A DNA stretch of 64,000 nucleotides, from contig OZ316896.1 of assembly GCA_973895155.1 (NCBI GenBank), positions 4,241,595-4,305,594 on the forward strand, in the 5' to 3' direction. Every line of letters begins with the position of its first letter. Position 1 is the first letter of the stretch. The notes below the pieces were generated by a model that was given only the letters and a program-made list of their open reading frames with translations, had not been told where the DNA came from and did not search any database. Below, in pieces: positions 14,108-26,830 of the stretch. The stretch is from Marsupella aquatica. Its lineage: Eukaryota; Plantae; Marchantiophyta. Both the position numbers and the translations under genes were made by a program.

Positions 14108-14378
14108 CTAAGATTTATCCCGCCTAATACACATAAATCCATCCTGCAAATATGCCAATGCTTTCTGTCGAGTCTTGAAACTCTTGAACTTGCATCCACT
14201 GAAGCTATGGACCTGGTGTTGGCACGCCTCCCATGTGTCAAAGATGCCTGTGTGTACCCACACACAACTGCATAGTATTGCCGCTTCTGTCCAGGATGCC
14301 GAGCCTGAATCTGTTCATTTGGCAGCTGCCTTGACTGTGCGCCCGTAATCTCAATCACAAATTCCTGAGTTGCAGTAT
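14108..14378 (-). pseudogene. 3' part of a decayed gene with a C-terminal RNase H1 N-terminal (hybrid-binding)/Cauli_VI domain
   Basis: Minus strand reads YYAVVCGYT[1-nt frameshift]GIFDTWEACQHQVHSFSGCKFKSFKTRQKALAYL (14277-14147), matching the family pattern YYAVxxGxxPGIYxxWxxCxxQVxGFxGxxFKxFxTxxEAxxYL. Confidence 0.8.
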
Positions 14379-14722
14379 TGTTACATATTGCTCTAGTCTT
14401 GTGACTCATGAGCTAACTACAGTTAGGCTAACTCAGGTTAGGACTTAGCTAATGTTAGCGGTAGTGCTGTTGTGCATATAGCCAGGGCTGATGCCAGACC
14501 CGGGTGAAACTTAGGCTCATTGTTACGGAGCTAGTTGAGAGATAGGGAGAGCTTGTGCTGTGGATGCTTGGTATGGCCGGTCGGGCTAGAGTGCAGTAAA
14601 GCTCTTGTGTGTTCCCGTGGACGTAGCCTCATGTGGAGGTGAACCACGTATCTCTTTGTTTCAACTCTTGTGCGTTGGATGGTTCATGGGCTTGCCGTTA
14701 CAAATGTCGTCTATGCTCAACA
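14379..14722 (+). repeat. 5' LTR
   Basis: TGTTAC..TCAACA; about 15 substitutions versus the 3' LTR by hand count. Confidence 0.97.
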
Positions 14723-14724
14723 CG

Positions 14725-14736
14725 TGATATCAGAGC
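14725..14736 (+). promoter_or_regulatory. primer binding site (tRNA-iMet type)
   Basis: TGATATCAGAGC, one mismatch from TGGTATCAGAGC, 2 nt after the LTR. Confidence 0.85.
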
Positions 14737-16407
14737 ATGCCTGGGAGGTGACGAGGTTTTTTCGTAATGGGTTTTTTCCAACGTTCGTTGTCGATGGTAC
14801 ATTTGGAGTTTTGTCACATGAAACTCGAATGTGTGTGGCTGTGCGGATAGGTTAGTGAGAGGGCTTTCTAACGGTGGTTAGAACTCGCTGATCGGTATCC
14901 GTGGTGCAGAGGAATTGAAGTTTGTGTCGTTCAGGGTTTATTCATGTTCGACGGTATTTCGGGGGAGAGACCAGAGTTTACGTTTTTCAACGGTGTGCGC
15001 TGTGCGGTGCGGGAGGGATTGCACATTATTGCTTAAGTTGATGGTTGAAGCGAGCTGGTCGTTTCGGTAGGTGAGTTGCTGCCGAGTTGTTACCGAGTAC
15101 GACGTGACGAGTGAAGGAGGCGTTCAGGTTTTTTTCACAAGCTAGGGAGCTTGTTCCCATCTGAACCGGGTTTCTCTTCGTGACGTCCAACTCGGTGAAA
15201 GAAATGCAAAGTGCTACGGCTCAACGGTTTGATCACAGCGAGGCGGTCGTTTTGAGCCCGGGATTGGCACTTGACGCGGCGGAAATTTTGTACTGAGTTG
15301 GGGCTGCAGACTGTGCCGGTACAATTTGGCAACCTTTTTCCGTCGGCCGCGCTCACTTTCTTCGTTTCAATCAGCGGCTATTGAAGTGAGTTTTTTCCTT
15401 GTTACTTTGGGGGGAGTTTTTTGAATTTTAAAGGGGTTTGTAACCCCTTGTGTGTGTACAAACACACGACCCCCGGCCCTGTGTACTAGTATACCCCCCC
15501 TGCCCGCGTCCTGATTTTTTAATTACCGTAGCGCCAGCGAGCTGCGCAGCGCCGGCCGGCGCGTTTGCACCCGCAACTGGCCGTGTTTACCCCCTGGCCC
15601 TTCGCGAGCCCATGAACAGGGGCTCGCTGCCCCATCCTGCACCCCCGTCGTCCCTTCGCCAGGCCCTATCTTTGCCCTGCCCCTACGCGAACCCCGTGGC
15701 TCGCCCTCGCTCCGGTTGCTTGCCTAGCGAGTCAGGGCTGTGCCTTGACTTCCACCCCCGGCCTGGTTTTTTGGTTATACGCGGCTGCGTACACAACCGC
15801 TCCTATCCCCTGTGCATATTCCTGCCTGGCCCGCCTCGCGTCGCCTATACGACGTGGATGCGCCTTTTATTATACTTGTATTTTTGCTAAGGAGCACTAA
15901 CCACCCCTTTAAGGCCCTTTTTTATGCCGGTTTTTCCTCCCCTTTGTTCTCCTTGTGCAGGGACCTGCCGCCCTCCATTTTAACCGCTTTGACAGGGGAA
16001 CGGCCCCCTGTGAGCCCTATCATACTGTGCGGGAATATTCCTGAAAAACAGAGAGCTATTTTTTGGCCATCCGACAAAGATTCCATCTGCCGAATGGTAA
16101 CGTTTTTGGATCTTTTTTGGTGAGGACGTTGCCACTGGAGTTAGCAACGCGGCGCATTGATCACATCGCAATTTCGACGACGGGTTGTACTGGGTATTTT
16201 GGTTATTCTCCAAGGTGGTCAAAATGGGGGAGTTTCCCAAGGTGGTCAAAACGGGGGAGTTTCCCAAGATGGTCAGACGGTGAGTCTGAGGAGGAGCTGC
16301 TGCCGTTTGAGGAGGAACTAGTGACACCGGTACGATCACCGGTGCGGTGTGCAGTGGAGGAAGCTGTACTACTATCAGAGCTGTCGATAGTTGGGAAGAA
16401 GAGGGAG

Positions 16408-19400
16408 ATGGCTAGATTTGGAGGAGTGAAGTTTGAGGTGGAGAAGTATGATGGTCGTACTGATTACTTGCTCTAGGAGAAGCAAGTGAAGGGTGTCCTT
16501 CGGGCCATGGCCTTAGCTCATCTGCTTTCTTCGTGAAAGCAGTATGATGGAGATGAGGAGATTTCTATGAAGCAGTGGAGACAGAAGCAGGTGATTGCTG
16601 TCAATGCAATGATGCTATATCTCAAGCCGCACATCATTAAGCAGCTGGATGATTATGCGGATTGCGCGTCACTGTTCAAGGCTCTAAGAGAGAAGTACTA
16701 TCGGGAAGATGCGTCACACCGGTTGTACAAGAAGTCTCTCTTGATGAGCCTTAGGCTCAAGGAAGGGAGCAAGTTGCAGGATCACTTGGATGAGTTTGAC
16801 AGTCTAGCGGTGGATTTGTCAAACCTGGATAAAGGAGTTGAAGATGAGGATAAGGCCTTGCTTCTGCTAAGCTCCTTACCGCCGTCATATCAGGGCTTGA
16901 AACAAGTGCTCTTGTATAGAGATTTGAAGTCCATTTCGTATAATGAGGTGGTGAGCTCTTTACTGTCTGATGATGCTCAGAAGAAGCTGGGTCAATCACA
17001 AACAGCATCTTCTTCTAGCACTGCGCTCTATGCGAATAGGGGAAGAGCAGCGCAACGCACGAATGGGCAGAACAGGTTTAGATCTACATCACAGGGGAGA
17101 TCTAAATCCAGAGGGAAATCGCAAGAGAGGAAGCCTCTTGCATGTTGGAATTGTGGCAAGCCTGGCCACATGAAAAGGGATTGTCGAGTAAAGATCCCTA
17201 CTGCCTCTGCTAACGTGGCATCGAGCCCGCATGAGGTAGATTTACTCGATGATGATGACATATTGTGATGTCAAGGTTATGCTCTCAACGTAGTGTCAAA
17301 TCTAGGTAGTGATGACTGGATTCTAGATAGTACATGTACTTTTCACATTTGCTCTAGGAGAGATTTTTTCAGTTCTTACACGATTTCCAACGGGTCAATG
17401 TTGATGGGAAATGGAATCCCATGTCAAGTTGTTGGACTTGGATCTGTTAGATTTCAGATGTTTGATGGTGCTGTGAGAACGTTGAAAAATGTGAGACATT
17501 CCCAGCATGATGAAAAATCTCATTTCACTTGGAGTTTTAGAAGCAAATGGTCATCAGTGGAGTTCTGCTAATGGTGTTCTTCAGGTTTCAATTGGTACTA
17601 AAGTTGTATTGAAGGGAAAAAGACATAGCAATCTATACATTTTGGAGGGCAGTGTAGTTTGTGATGAAGCCAATGTAACCTTATCTCATGAGGAGACGAC
17701 CCGGCTGTGGCACTTCCGTTTGGGTCACATGAGTGAAAAAGGTTTGGCTATTCTTCAGAAAAATAGGATTACTTTCTAATTTGCAATCTTTAAGTTGGAA
17801 TTTTGTAAGCACTGTGTGCTTGGGAAGCAGCACAGGAAACCCTTCGGAGTTGGAACTCACACTAGCAAGGAGGTACTTGAGTATGTACACAATGATGTGT
17901 GGGGTCCAGCCCCTACTCCCTCACATTCTGGACGGTTATACTATGTCACTTTCATAGACGATTACTCAAGGTATGTGTGGATATACTTTCTACATAGTAA
18001 GTCTGATGTTTTTGCCACTTTTAAGGAGTGGAAAGCCCAAGTTGAGAATTAGACTGGTAATAAGGTGAGATATCTTTGATCGGATAACGGCAGTGAATAC
18101 AGTTCCGGGGAATTTGGAACGTATCGTAAGGAGCAGGGAATTAACCGTCATCTCACAACAAGTTATACTCCTCAGCAGAATGGTGTTTCTGAGAGACTCA
18201 ACCGAACACTATTGGACCGCTTGAGGAGTATGTTGAGTCAATCATGCTTACCACATGAGTTTTGGGCTGAAGCTGTCAACACTGCAACTTATTTGGTAAA
18301 TTTTTCTCCATCCAGTTCTATTGGATTCAAGACGCCATATGAAATGAGGTACGGACGTCCAGCAGATTACTCACATCTCAGGATTTTTGGATGTGATGCT
18401 TATGTGCTTACACCTTCCCAGCTTCGATCCAAGCTGGAGTCCAAGTCGAAGAAGTGCATTTTCCTTGGTTATCAGAAGGGTGTAAAGGGTATAGGTTATG
18501 GGATCCAGTAACCTGTAAACTAATTGTCAGTAGAGGTTTGTACTTTAATGAATCCAGATCATCAAAGGAGGAGGAGAGTTCTCAAGACTCCCATACTGAC
18601 AAGGGAAAATCTCTCATCCCGGACCGGGTTGAGGGGGAGTTTAGTCATGATGCTGTTCATGACAAGGAAGATGGAGAAGCTCCGGGCTTGGAGCTGGTTC
18701 CTGTGATGGAACAAGAGGAGCAGATTGTTGTTGGGGTATTTCAAATTCAGTCAGCAGCAGCAGCAGATCAGCCTGAGTCATCTACTAGAAGAACTTCTAG
18801 CCGTTCTACTAGAGTTCCTACCAGGTATGGTCAATGGGCAGACTCATCTAAGCTAGATGATATTGATATTGCACCGATGATGATGATATGGCTTTGATCT
18901 TGGAAGAAGAAGAGTCTTCTTCGTACAATAAGGCTTGTGCTTTAAAGCAGAAGCATAAGTGGAATGCAGCAATGCAGAGGGAGCTGCAATCTTTGAGTGA
19001 CAACAAGACGTGGGAGCTGGTGGAGCTTCCAAGAGGTTAGCAAGTGGTGGACAGCAAGTGGATTTACAAGTTGAAGGACAGTCCTTCAGAGGGTGGAGAC
19101 AAGATCTACAAGGCAAGGCTTGTTGCCAAGGGATTCACTCACGAGAAAAGAGTGGATTATAATGAGGTCTTTTCACCGGTGGCTAAGTATTCCACAATTT
19201 GGATCTTGTGTCAGCTTGTTGTGTTTTTTGGTCTGGTGATGGATCAGATGAATGTTGTTACTACTTTTCTCTATGGCAACTTGGAAGAGTTGATCTTCAT
19301 GAGACAGCCACTAGGCTTTATGAAGAAGGGCCAAAAGAACTTAGTTTGCAGATTGCTCAAGTCCTTGTATGGATTGAAGCAGTCTCCCAGACAGTGGAAC

Positions 19401-20480
19401 AAGCGTTTTGATGATTTCATGTTTGCTCCCGGTTTTACAAGGATGGTGTATGATCCTTGTGTGTATATAAAATCAGTCAAGAATGATGTATTTGGTTTCA
19501 TCATTCTGGTTATCTATGTGGATGACATGCTGATTGTGGCTAAAGATCAATCTGAAGTTGACAGTCTCAAGGCAAAATTGAGTGTTGAATTCAAGATGAA
19601 GGATCTTGGTAAGGCCAAGAGGATCTTAGGGATGGAGATTTTTAGGAACTCTGAGACTGGATAGTTGTGCTTGAGTCAAGGCCAGTATGCGAGAAAAGTA
19701 CTTGCACGATTCAACATGGAGAACTGTAAGTCAGTGAGTATTCCTTTAGCTTCATATTTCAAGTTATCATCGGCTTTCTCTCATACGGATGCTGTGGAGA
19801 AAGGTCTGATGGCTAAGATTCCTTATGAGAAGGCAGTAGGTAGTCTGATGTATTTGATGACTTGTACTAGGCCTGACTTGGCCCTAGCGATGGGCAAGGT
19901 TAGCAGATTCATGTCAAATCGAGGGAAGGTACATTGGGAAGCTGTGAAGTGGATTCTCAGGTATCTGAAGGGAACACAAGACTATGGATTACTAGTTGAT
20001 GCCAGATCAGATAGAACGTTAGTTGGCTATGTAGATTCTGACTATGGAGATTTGGATACAAGGAGGTCTACAACTGGGTTTGTTTTTACTCTTGGAGGAG
20101 GATGTATCAGTTGGAAATCTACCTTGCAAAAGTGTATATCTCAGTCTACTACAGAAGCAGAGTATGTTACAACAACAGAAGCAGCAAAGGAAGCAATTTG
20201 GTTGGACAAGTTGATCGCGGAGATGGGTTTAGAGCATGGCAAAATGACTCTAAACTATGATAGTCAGAGTGTTCTTCACTTGGCTGCTAACCAGGTGATG
20301 GATAGCAGGTTGAAGCACATTGATATCAGGTACCATTTTATCAGGCAAGCAGTGTCTGATAAAACTTTTGAGCTAGTCAAGATTGATGGAAAGCTCAATC
20401 CCGCTGATGCCTTTACCAAAGTGATTCCTTTGGAAAGTTTCTCAAGACACCGTGCTACTTTGCAGGTTTTGCAGTTGTAG
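16408..20480 (+). pseudogene. copia gag-pol polyprotein disrupted by stops and frameshifts
   Basis: KFEVEKYDG gag start, CWNCGKPGHMKRDC knuckle, WILDST protease, LWHFRLGHMS and YVTFIDDYSR integrase, YKARLVAKG and YVDDML RT, YVDSD and KHIDIRYHF RNase H. Confidence 0.95.
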
Positions 20481-20669
20481 TGCAAGTAGAGTTATTTAGC
20501 AATGTGTGACTATTTGTATATGGATTACTCATTCCTGTTTGGCTACGGCTTAGTTCTAGTTAACCCTTAGTTAACCCTTGTGGTTTTTAGGGGGAGACCT
20601 GGTTTGGTGATTGTCTAGAACTTCCCGCTGAGGATTCCATATGGTAGCATTTAGTCTAGTCCCCAAGAC

Positions 20670-20685
20670 AAGAGTCAAGGGGGAG
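20670..20685 (+). promoter_or_regulatory. polypurine tract
   Basis: AAGAGTCAAGGGGGAG immediately 5' of the 3' LTR. Confidence 0.85.
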
Positions 20686-20687
20686 TT

Positions 20688-21031
20688 TGTTAGATATTGC
20701 TCTAGTCTTGTGACTCATGAGCTAACTATAGTTAGGCTAACTCGGGTTAGGACTTAGCTAATGTTAGCAGTAGGGCTGTTGTGCATATAGCCAGGGATGA
20801 TGCCAGACCCTGGTGGAACTTAGGCTCATTGTTACGGAGCTAGTTGAGAGATAGGGAGAGCTTGTGCTGTGGATGCTTGGTATGGCCGGTCGGGCTAGAG
20901 TGCAGTAAAGCTCTTGTGTGTTCTCGTGGACATAGCCTCATGTGGAGGTGAACCACGTATCTCTCTGTGTCAACTCTTGTGTGTTGGATGGTTCATGGGC
21001 TTGCCGTTACGAATGTTGTCTATGCTCAACA
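20688..21031 (+). repeat. 3' LTR
   Basis: TGTTAG..TCAACA followed by the AGTAT TSD. Confidence 0.97.
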
Positions 21032-21036
21032 AGTAT

Positions 21037-21300
21037 GTGGGTGCACATGGCGCACGGGATGCACAATTGGCGTATGCAATGCTTCCTTTTCTATCAAATT
21101 TGATTGCCTTGACAAAGTTGGAGGTACTGCTACAGGAGCTGGTTGCTCCCTGGATGATTGCAACCAGACATGCAATTAATCTCAGCTGAGCTGCATTGCA
21201 TCAGAGATGAGGCAAAACATGCACCCAAACACTCACAACAAGGCCCAAATGCATACTGCAAGTGCCCTCACAATGGTGCGAGTCCTTGGCACCATTGCTT
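21037..21300 (-). pseudogene. 5' part of the Cauli_VI-domain gene split by the copia insertion
   Basis: Removing the element plus one TSD joins LHVWLQSSREQPAPVAVPP..HPVRHVHPH in frame to TATQEFVIEITG..YYAVV. Upstream is a hydrophobic stretch with stops. Confidence 0.6.
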
Positions 21301-21879
21301 CAATGAATGTCCTTATAAAAATCAGAACCACTCTACACAACCCCTTCACTCTTTGGCATTCAACCTCAATCGAGTCCTTATGCAAAAACGTGAAGAGGGG
21401 ACAATGTGAAGCTTTTCTACAGTGAAAATGGGGCTGAGGATGAGGGCCTGACTTTGTTCATGGTGGAGTACTACGTACATTGTAGGAGTTTCTCATTTTA
21501 TTTCTAATTGTTTTCTCCCTATGAAAGGTGAAGGGTGCCCCAGGCAGAATTGTCGGTGATAAGTTGAGGACATTGGGGGCCCTCACATCTAGCTAGAGAT
21601 ACTTTCCATAGAGGCCCACTTGGTAAATTGTCATTATGTGGTGTCCATTGAGCTCGAAAGCCCAGGTGTGGATACTCTTTGAAACACAAGTTCCCATAAA
21701 GTACACGGGTAGCCATACGTACTTTACAGACAATACAATGTGTCTACTAAAAAGCACATCCTTTGAGTATAAGTGTCATCTCATTAGTTCACCATATCTG
21801 AGAGATTGTCCGAGAACCTCCGAGAACAAGAATAAGTCATATCCAGACATACAATCCAGAAGGCAGGAAACCCAATAAA

Positions 21880-22200
21880 GGGGAAAAAAACAAAAGGAAA
21901 ACTAGGGATGACCAAAATGCCAAAAAAATCCAATAGTCCTTACTTAACAAAGACAAAATGTTGAAGGGTAGAAGGGAAAGGTCACCCCACAACTCCTTTT
22001 CTATAGATTGCTTCTTGACTATCCTCAGTAGCAAGTTCTTTTTCCTCCACCTCAAGTTCGCAAACAATCACATGCCCTTCTCTGCTTCTCCTTTCCACCC
22101 AACAACAATGGCACAGCAGATCCATGGGTTCACCATAGACTTGACATACAGCTTCAAAACTAGTTCTCATTTACTTTCCACAAAAGCTCACATCTGAAAA
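21880..22200 (-). mobile_element. probable L1-type LINE 3' remnant
   Basis: LCHCCWVERRSR resembles the L1 ORF2 C-terminal WxERNxR motif and is followed by a T-rich UTR-like segment. Confidence 0.35.
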
Positions 22201-23731
22201 TAGTTCATATTTTCAAAGAAACATGCATCTAAAAATAGCTCATATTTCTAAAGAAATTGCCAACTAACAATTTTAGGGTACTGGGTCCAATGATGGGCAG
22301 TGAGTAGGAAAGCCTGTAGGGTAGGTCTACTTCTCACCCAGGCAAAATGATCAGAGGCCAGTCAGGGGCAGGGCCCCTTTGATAGTGGCAGTTCTGGTTT
22401 GAAAGCATAATTAAACAAGGAGACCAGTACATTAAATCATTCAGCACCTTTATAAAATAAAAATTGATATTTGAGGCAAAAAATGTACATGAGCTTAATA
22501 TGAGGTCTACATTGCAAAAGCTGAAGAAATTAAATATATAAATTGGGTATCCCCTACCTGCAAGCCAATTGTGTGCCTTGCTCTGGGTTGTTGGCTTGCA
22601 AAATTTTTGTGCTTTTGTGGAAGATGAGACACTTGATGAACAAACAATCCTCTAACCCCATCTATTATGTCAGCTTTCTTGGGAGCAAGCTTTGACAGTT
22701 TGTTAAGATTTATGTAATCAAAAAACCTAATGCAGTTTCTGGTGACTGTTGAATTTCAAAGTCAAAGCCCAGCTGGACCAGCACATTGTCTGTAAATGCA
22801 AATGGACTGAGTTAACCTGGATGGACTAGAGCCGCACACACCAAATTGTCTGGATACCCTTTATAGTCAAGTCCATACAATAAGCTGTTAGTGGCTAAAT
22901 CACTAGTGACTACAATAGTTGGTTCATTCTCTCAAATCTTTATTGCTTCATGAGTTTTGAAGGAAAAGATCCAAACGATAAATCAAGTTTTGATCTTTCA
23001 GTAAGAAGAAAAGATCAAGTTTCAGGTATATTTGGTTCATTTAAGTCTGTAAGGACCTCATCAGGTCTCTATGGTAACTGATATTGCAAGTAGACTGAGT
23101 ACTTCACAATACACTCACAATGCCTCAAGCAGTTTACTCAATGGTAAAAAACAAAAGAACTCAATCTCACAAAGATGCTGCAGTTTATATACACACCGTT
23201 GAAGGATTCTAGGCCTTGATCTATGACTTGTGGGAAAGTTGTTGCAAAATCTTGTATATCTTGTTACAAGATGCGGTTTGAGCAATTGTGCCCTTGCAGA
23301 GCTACCAGAGATTTAAATTTGCGAGATGGTTGTCACCAAATCTTGTTTTTCAGGAAGCAATGCTCTTGTTACAAGGAGCATTTTTAGAAATTATGTCATT
23401 GCGGAGCTATTAAAGATTTCAAATATACTACCAAAAAGCTTCCTTACCATAATTGGGCAAGTAATAGACAATGAGACACGTTCTAACTTTTACCATCCAT
23501 TGGCACCTAGTTTCTCTCATGATTGGGGTAAAGTGGTGAGTCCCCCTCTCAGATTGCATTTGAGGTTGATGGTTTTGGGTTCGTTTTTTCCTGTTTGGAT
23601 CCTATACATCATGTTTAAAACACCTTGCAATCCCCCGCCCCCCCTGCCCCCCGCAGGATGAGCGGCACTAGGCTTTGCTGCAAAGAGCTCCCAATGTGTT
23701 GCAACAGGCCCCCACAAGGGCAAGCAAAAAC

Positions 23732-24069
23732 TGTAGAATTACAATAGATAGCATGACGTCTCAAAATCACCACACATATAGCACACAAGTACACCAACAC
23801 AAAGATACGTGGTTCACCCCTTCCGGGCTACGTCCATAGCTGCACAAAGAGCTTCACTATCAACCTCGCTATCAACATGAAAATGTACATCACCAGAGCT
23901 CTATGGTGCAAGTTCTCTTTCTCTCACACACACAAAGTTCTCTACTAAGTGCACTATCTTCATGTGATACAAAGAGGGTTATCCCTTCATGAAGAGTCTA
24001 GTTAACTAATGTTAATTCTTGTTACCTTAATCTAGTTAACCTAACCAAGGTTGAGTCAAAACCTTAACA
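23732..24069 (-). mobile_element. solo LTR, copia-related
   Basis: TG..CA ends, 338 bp, carries the reverse complement of the GGACGTAGCC..GTGAACCACGTATC motif. Flanks are AAAAC/CAAAC. Confidence 0.6.
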
Positions 24070-25639
24070 CAAACCCTAACCATAATTGGTACCAGGGCCT
24101 CTTCCTACTGCTTTAGGTCTATCTTTGTACAAAACATGACTCACCCTAGAGCAAAAGCATATTGTCATTATTATTAAGCTTATCATATTACATCACTAAA
24201 TGTGAACCATTAGCTCATCACACTTGCAAATTTGTGCTCTTTATGGGTTTTGCATTTGCTTTGAATTTGCTTTATTCTCTAGTGTTTGTCATTTTGGAGA
24301 TCTTGCTTTCACACCGTTGTTTTCAGTAAAATTTGATACTTTTTCTAAATAAATGGACCTTCAGTTTTGTTTAATGAGGAAAAGTCACAAAAGCCCCCTA
24401 CACTTTGTAAAGCCACCCCCGAAAAAAGAGGACTTGTGAAGTAGACTTTTCTGTCTAGGGGCACTTTTTCTCGAGGAATGATCCATGTTTACAACTTTGA
24501 TATACTTTGATGAACGAGCACAAAAGCTGACCCTGTCTTGATCTGACCGTACGTTTGTCCCCACTCCAATCCGTCAGGAATTCATGGAAACTAGACCTTA
24601 TTAGTGCCCTATAGGTGTACAGAAAAGTATTTCCATTGGTAACTTCCTTTATGTAGAAAAGTGCCCACTATATAACGGTCAACAGAAAGGAAGGGCACCT
24701 ATAGTGGGTTAGCAAGAACCTAGAATCCCAAAACAAGTCACCACTGAGGTTTGCTAGATCATCCTAGATTGTCTATCAATCGTTGTCCGAACTCAAGGCC
24801 CATGCTGGGTGGGTGTGTGGGGTACAATCGGGTTGCAGCGTGTTAATTAGTAACAAAAAATTGTCAAATTTGAATCACTGAAAAATGTTTGGCCACTTTT
24901 GGCAGAAATCTACTAGGTTTTGTGTCTTTGATTAGCTACAGTAATTCCCATTTATCTACACTCTATTAGCCCGAATCTGACAGTAGAATAAGGACTATTT
25001 TTAACATCTTCCCCTACAGGCATGCCCTCTGCCTAAGTCCTCCAAGCGACTCGGTGCATAGGAGAGCGGCCCTGCCCGGGAGAGGCCTTGCCCTGAGAGA
25101 CATTGCAGCGTGCAGCCCCCGGGAGGGAGGCATGCACAGGGACGGAGACCGTGGATTGGGAGAGGCCCTAATAGGCTGTGTGCAGGAGAAAGGACGGGAG
25201 TGGGGGCAGTTTACCACCCTTTGGTCGACTGACCCATGGGCTGCCAAAGACACCATGATGGAGACCAGAGCTGTACAACCTGGGATATGAATCAGCTAAC
25301 TGAGATTAATATTCTTAACACACAAATAAAACCAATGACATTGTGCTGAACAGAAGAAGAAGAAGGTACTGTACGGCTTACTATGCTGCAAAAGCAGGAT
25401 AATCTAGGCTATCCCTGAAAAAGACCCTGGTTAGAGTGTGCTTCCAACATCATAGATTTTCTATGTATGGTTGTCCCAGCTCAAGGTGCATGCTGGGTGT
25501 GTGGGTTACAATCCAGTCGTCACATCATAGATTGTCCATGGGTGGTCACTATGACGAAGCATGACCTTCATGTTTGCTCTGTGGGGTGAAAATAATCCCT
25601 AGCTACTTCCAAAACACCTCTTTAAAAAGGTCCAAAGAA

Positions 25640-26830
25640 AACATTGCCCGAAACCGGCTTCCCAGATTTAGGGGTCCACTGCCCAACCACCTACCCACCT
25701 ACCTGACTGGTCGAACCTTCGCGGGACGGGACGGACGGCAAGGGCAGGCTTGCGTCCAATCCTGGTCCGCTGAGGAGACGGGTCGTGCGACATCGGAGCT
25801 GCCCAAGCACTGACGCTAGCTTTGACTAAAACAAAACTTCGCAAAAAGAAACAATAATACCCTACCCTGACCAGACCCAGAGACTCGGAAACTGGAAACT
25901 GTGGCCCGGCATTCGCTCGATCTCGGCTCGGACTGGCACAAGCCTTAAGAGCACGCGGTTCGGGGCTGGGCCCTGACGTCGCTGGTGCCGCGGGGCCAGG
26001 CTCGTCTACGTAACGGACTTAAGGGAACGACGGGCCGGTAACGGCCGCGATGACAGAAGATGTGCTTAATTAACTATTCCATATAATAATGATAACCAAT
26101 GAGATTTAGAAATATTTTATTCATGGGGTAATTATGAGCGAAATTAATGCTTCGATGGACCACTCTTGTTAAACTTGAAATCCGGATGGACTGGGTGTTG
26201 GGCAGAACAACGTGAATGTTTCGCAAGATAAGAGCTATTTGAGTGCACACGGGGTCTATCCGGTTCATCCGTGAAACTCGTCAAGAATTTAGGTGTATGG
26301 GGATCTAGTTTAATTGTTATGTGATTAATTACCCCGGTTAATGAAATGGGCAGGTCCGGCAGGAGCAGGTAGAACGGGCAGGAGCGTGGGAAAGTGTGCC
26401 AGTCTGCACAGGGCAATGCAGGGTAGGGCAGGACATGGCGGGCAGGACAAGACAAGAGAGGCGGGCAAATTTAGCAAGAATAGCGGGCTGCGGCGCATAA
26501 GTTTTGGTCCGTAAAAACGACGTTTCACGACGACGACGCTGTTTGCCTGGCCGCTTTTAGGGCAGGGGCTCCATCAATCCGTCCAGCCAACCCGCCTTTT
26601 CCTTTTCCTAAGATGAGGGACAGCGCTCCTTATCCCCATTCCCTCCTGGCGGACGGTGGGACCGGGCCATCGTACCTGCCCAAACCTGCCCGCCTGCCCG
26701 CACTTGCGAAAGAAGGAAGGGCACCTGCTTGGAATTACTGTCTGGAGTAAGTTGTACGATTCTTCTGAATGTGGCTGAGAATGTAATCATTGCCATTTCA
26801 GAGAGGACAAAACATCGTGCTCGTGTAAGA
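25640..26830. promoter_or_regulatory. CpG-retaining island, putative promoter/first-exon region
   Basis: High CpG content against a CpG-depleted background, clustered GGGCAGG/CCTGCCC motifs, and GTAAGT and GTAAGA donors at 26747 and 26825. Confidence 0.5.

Larger units (their letters stand above)
14379..21031 (+). mobile_element. full-length, defective Ty1/copia LTR retrotransposon
   Basis: Two 344-bp TG..CA LTRs, AGTAT TSD (14374-14378 and 21032-21036), PBS, PPT and domain order gag-PR-IN-RT-RH. Confidence 0.98.

Noticed and set aside
17266-17292. Programmed gag-pol stop-codon readthrough
   Set aside because: The TGA is in frame with protease but lacks a CARYYA context, and the element has many other random stops. 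It cannot be decided from one copy.
25020-25290. PHD-finger exon (HALCLSPP after a CTACAG acceptor)
   Set aside because: The downstream WxCxxC is absent and no upstream exon could be linked. It may still be a terminal exon of an unknown gene.
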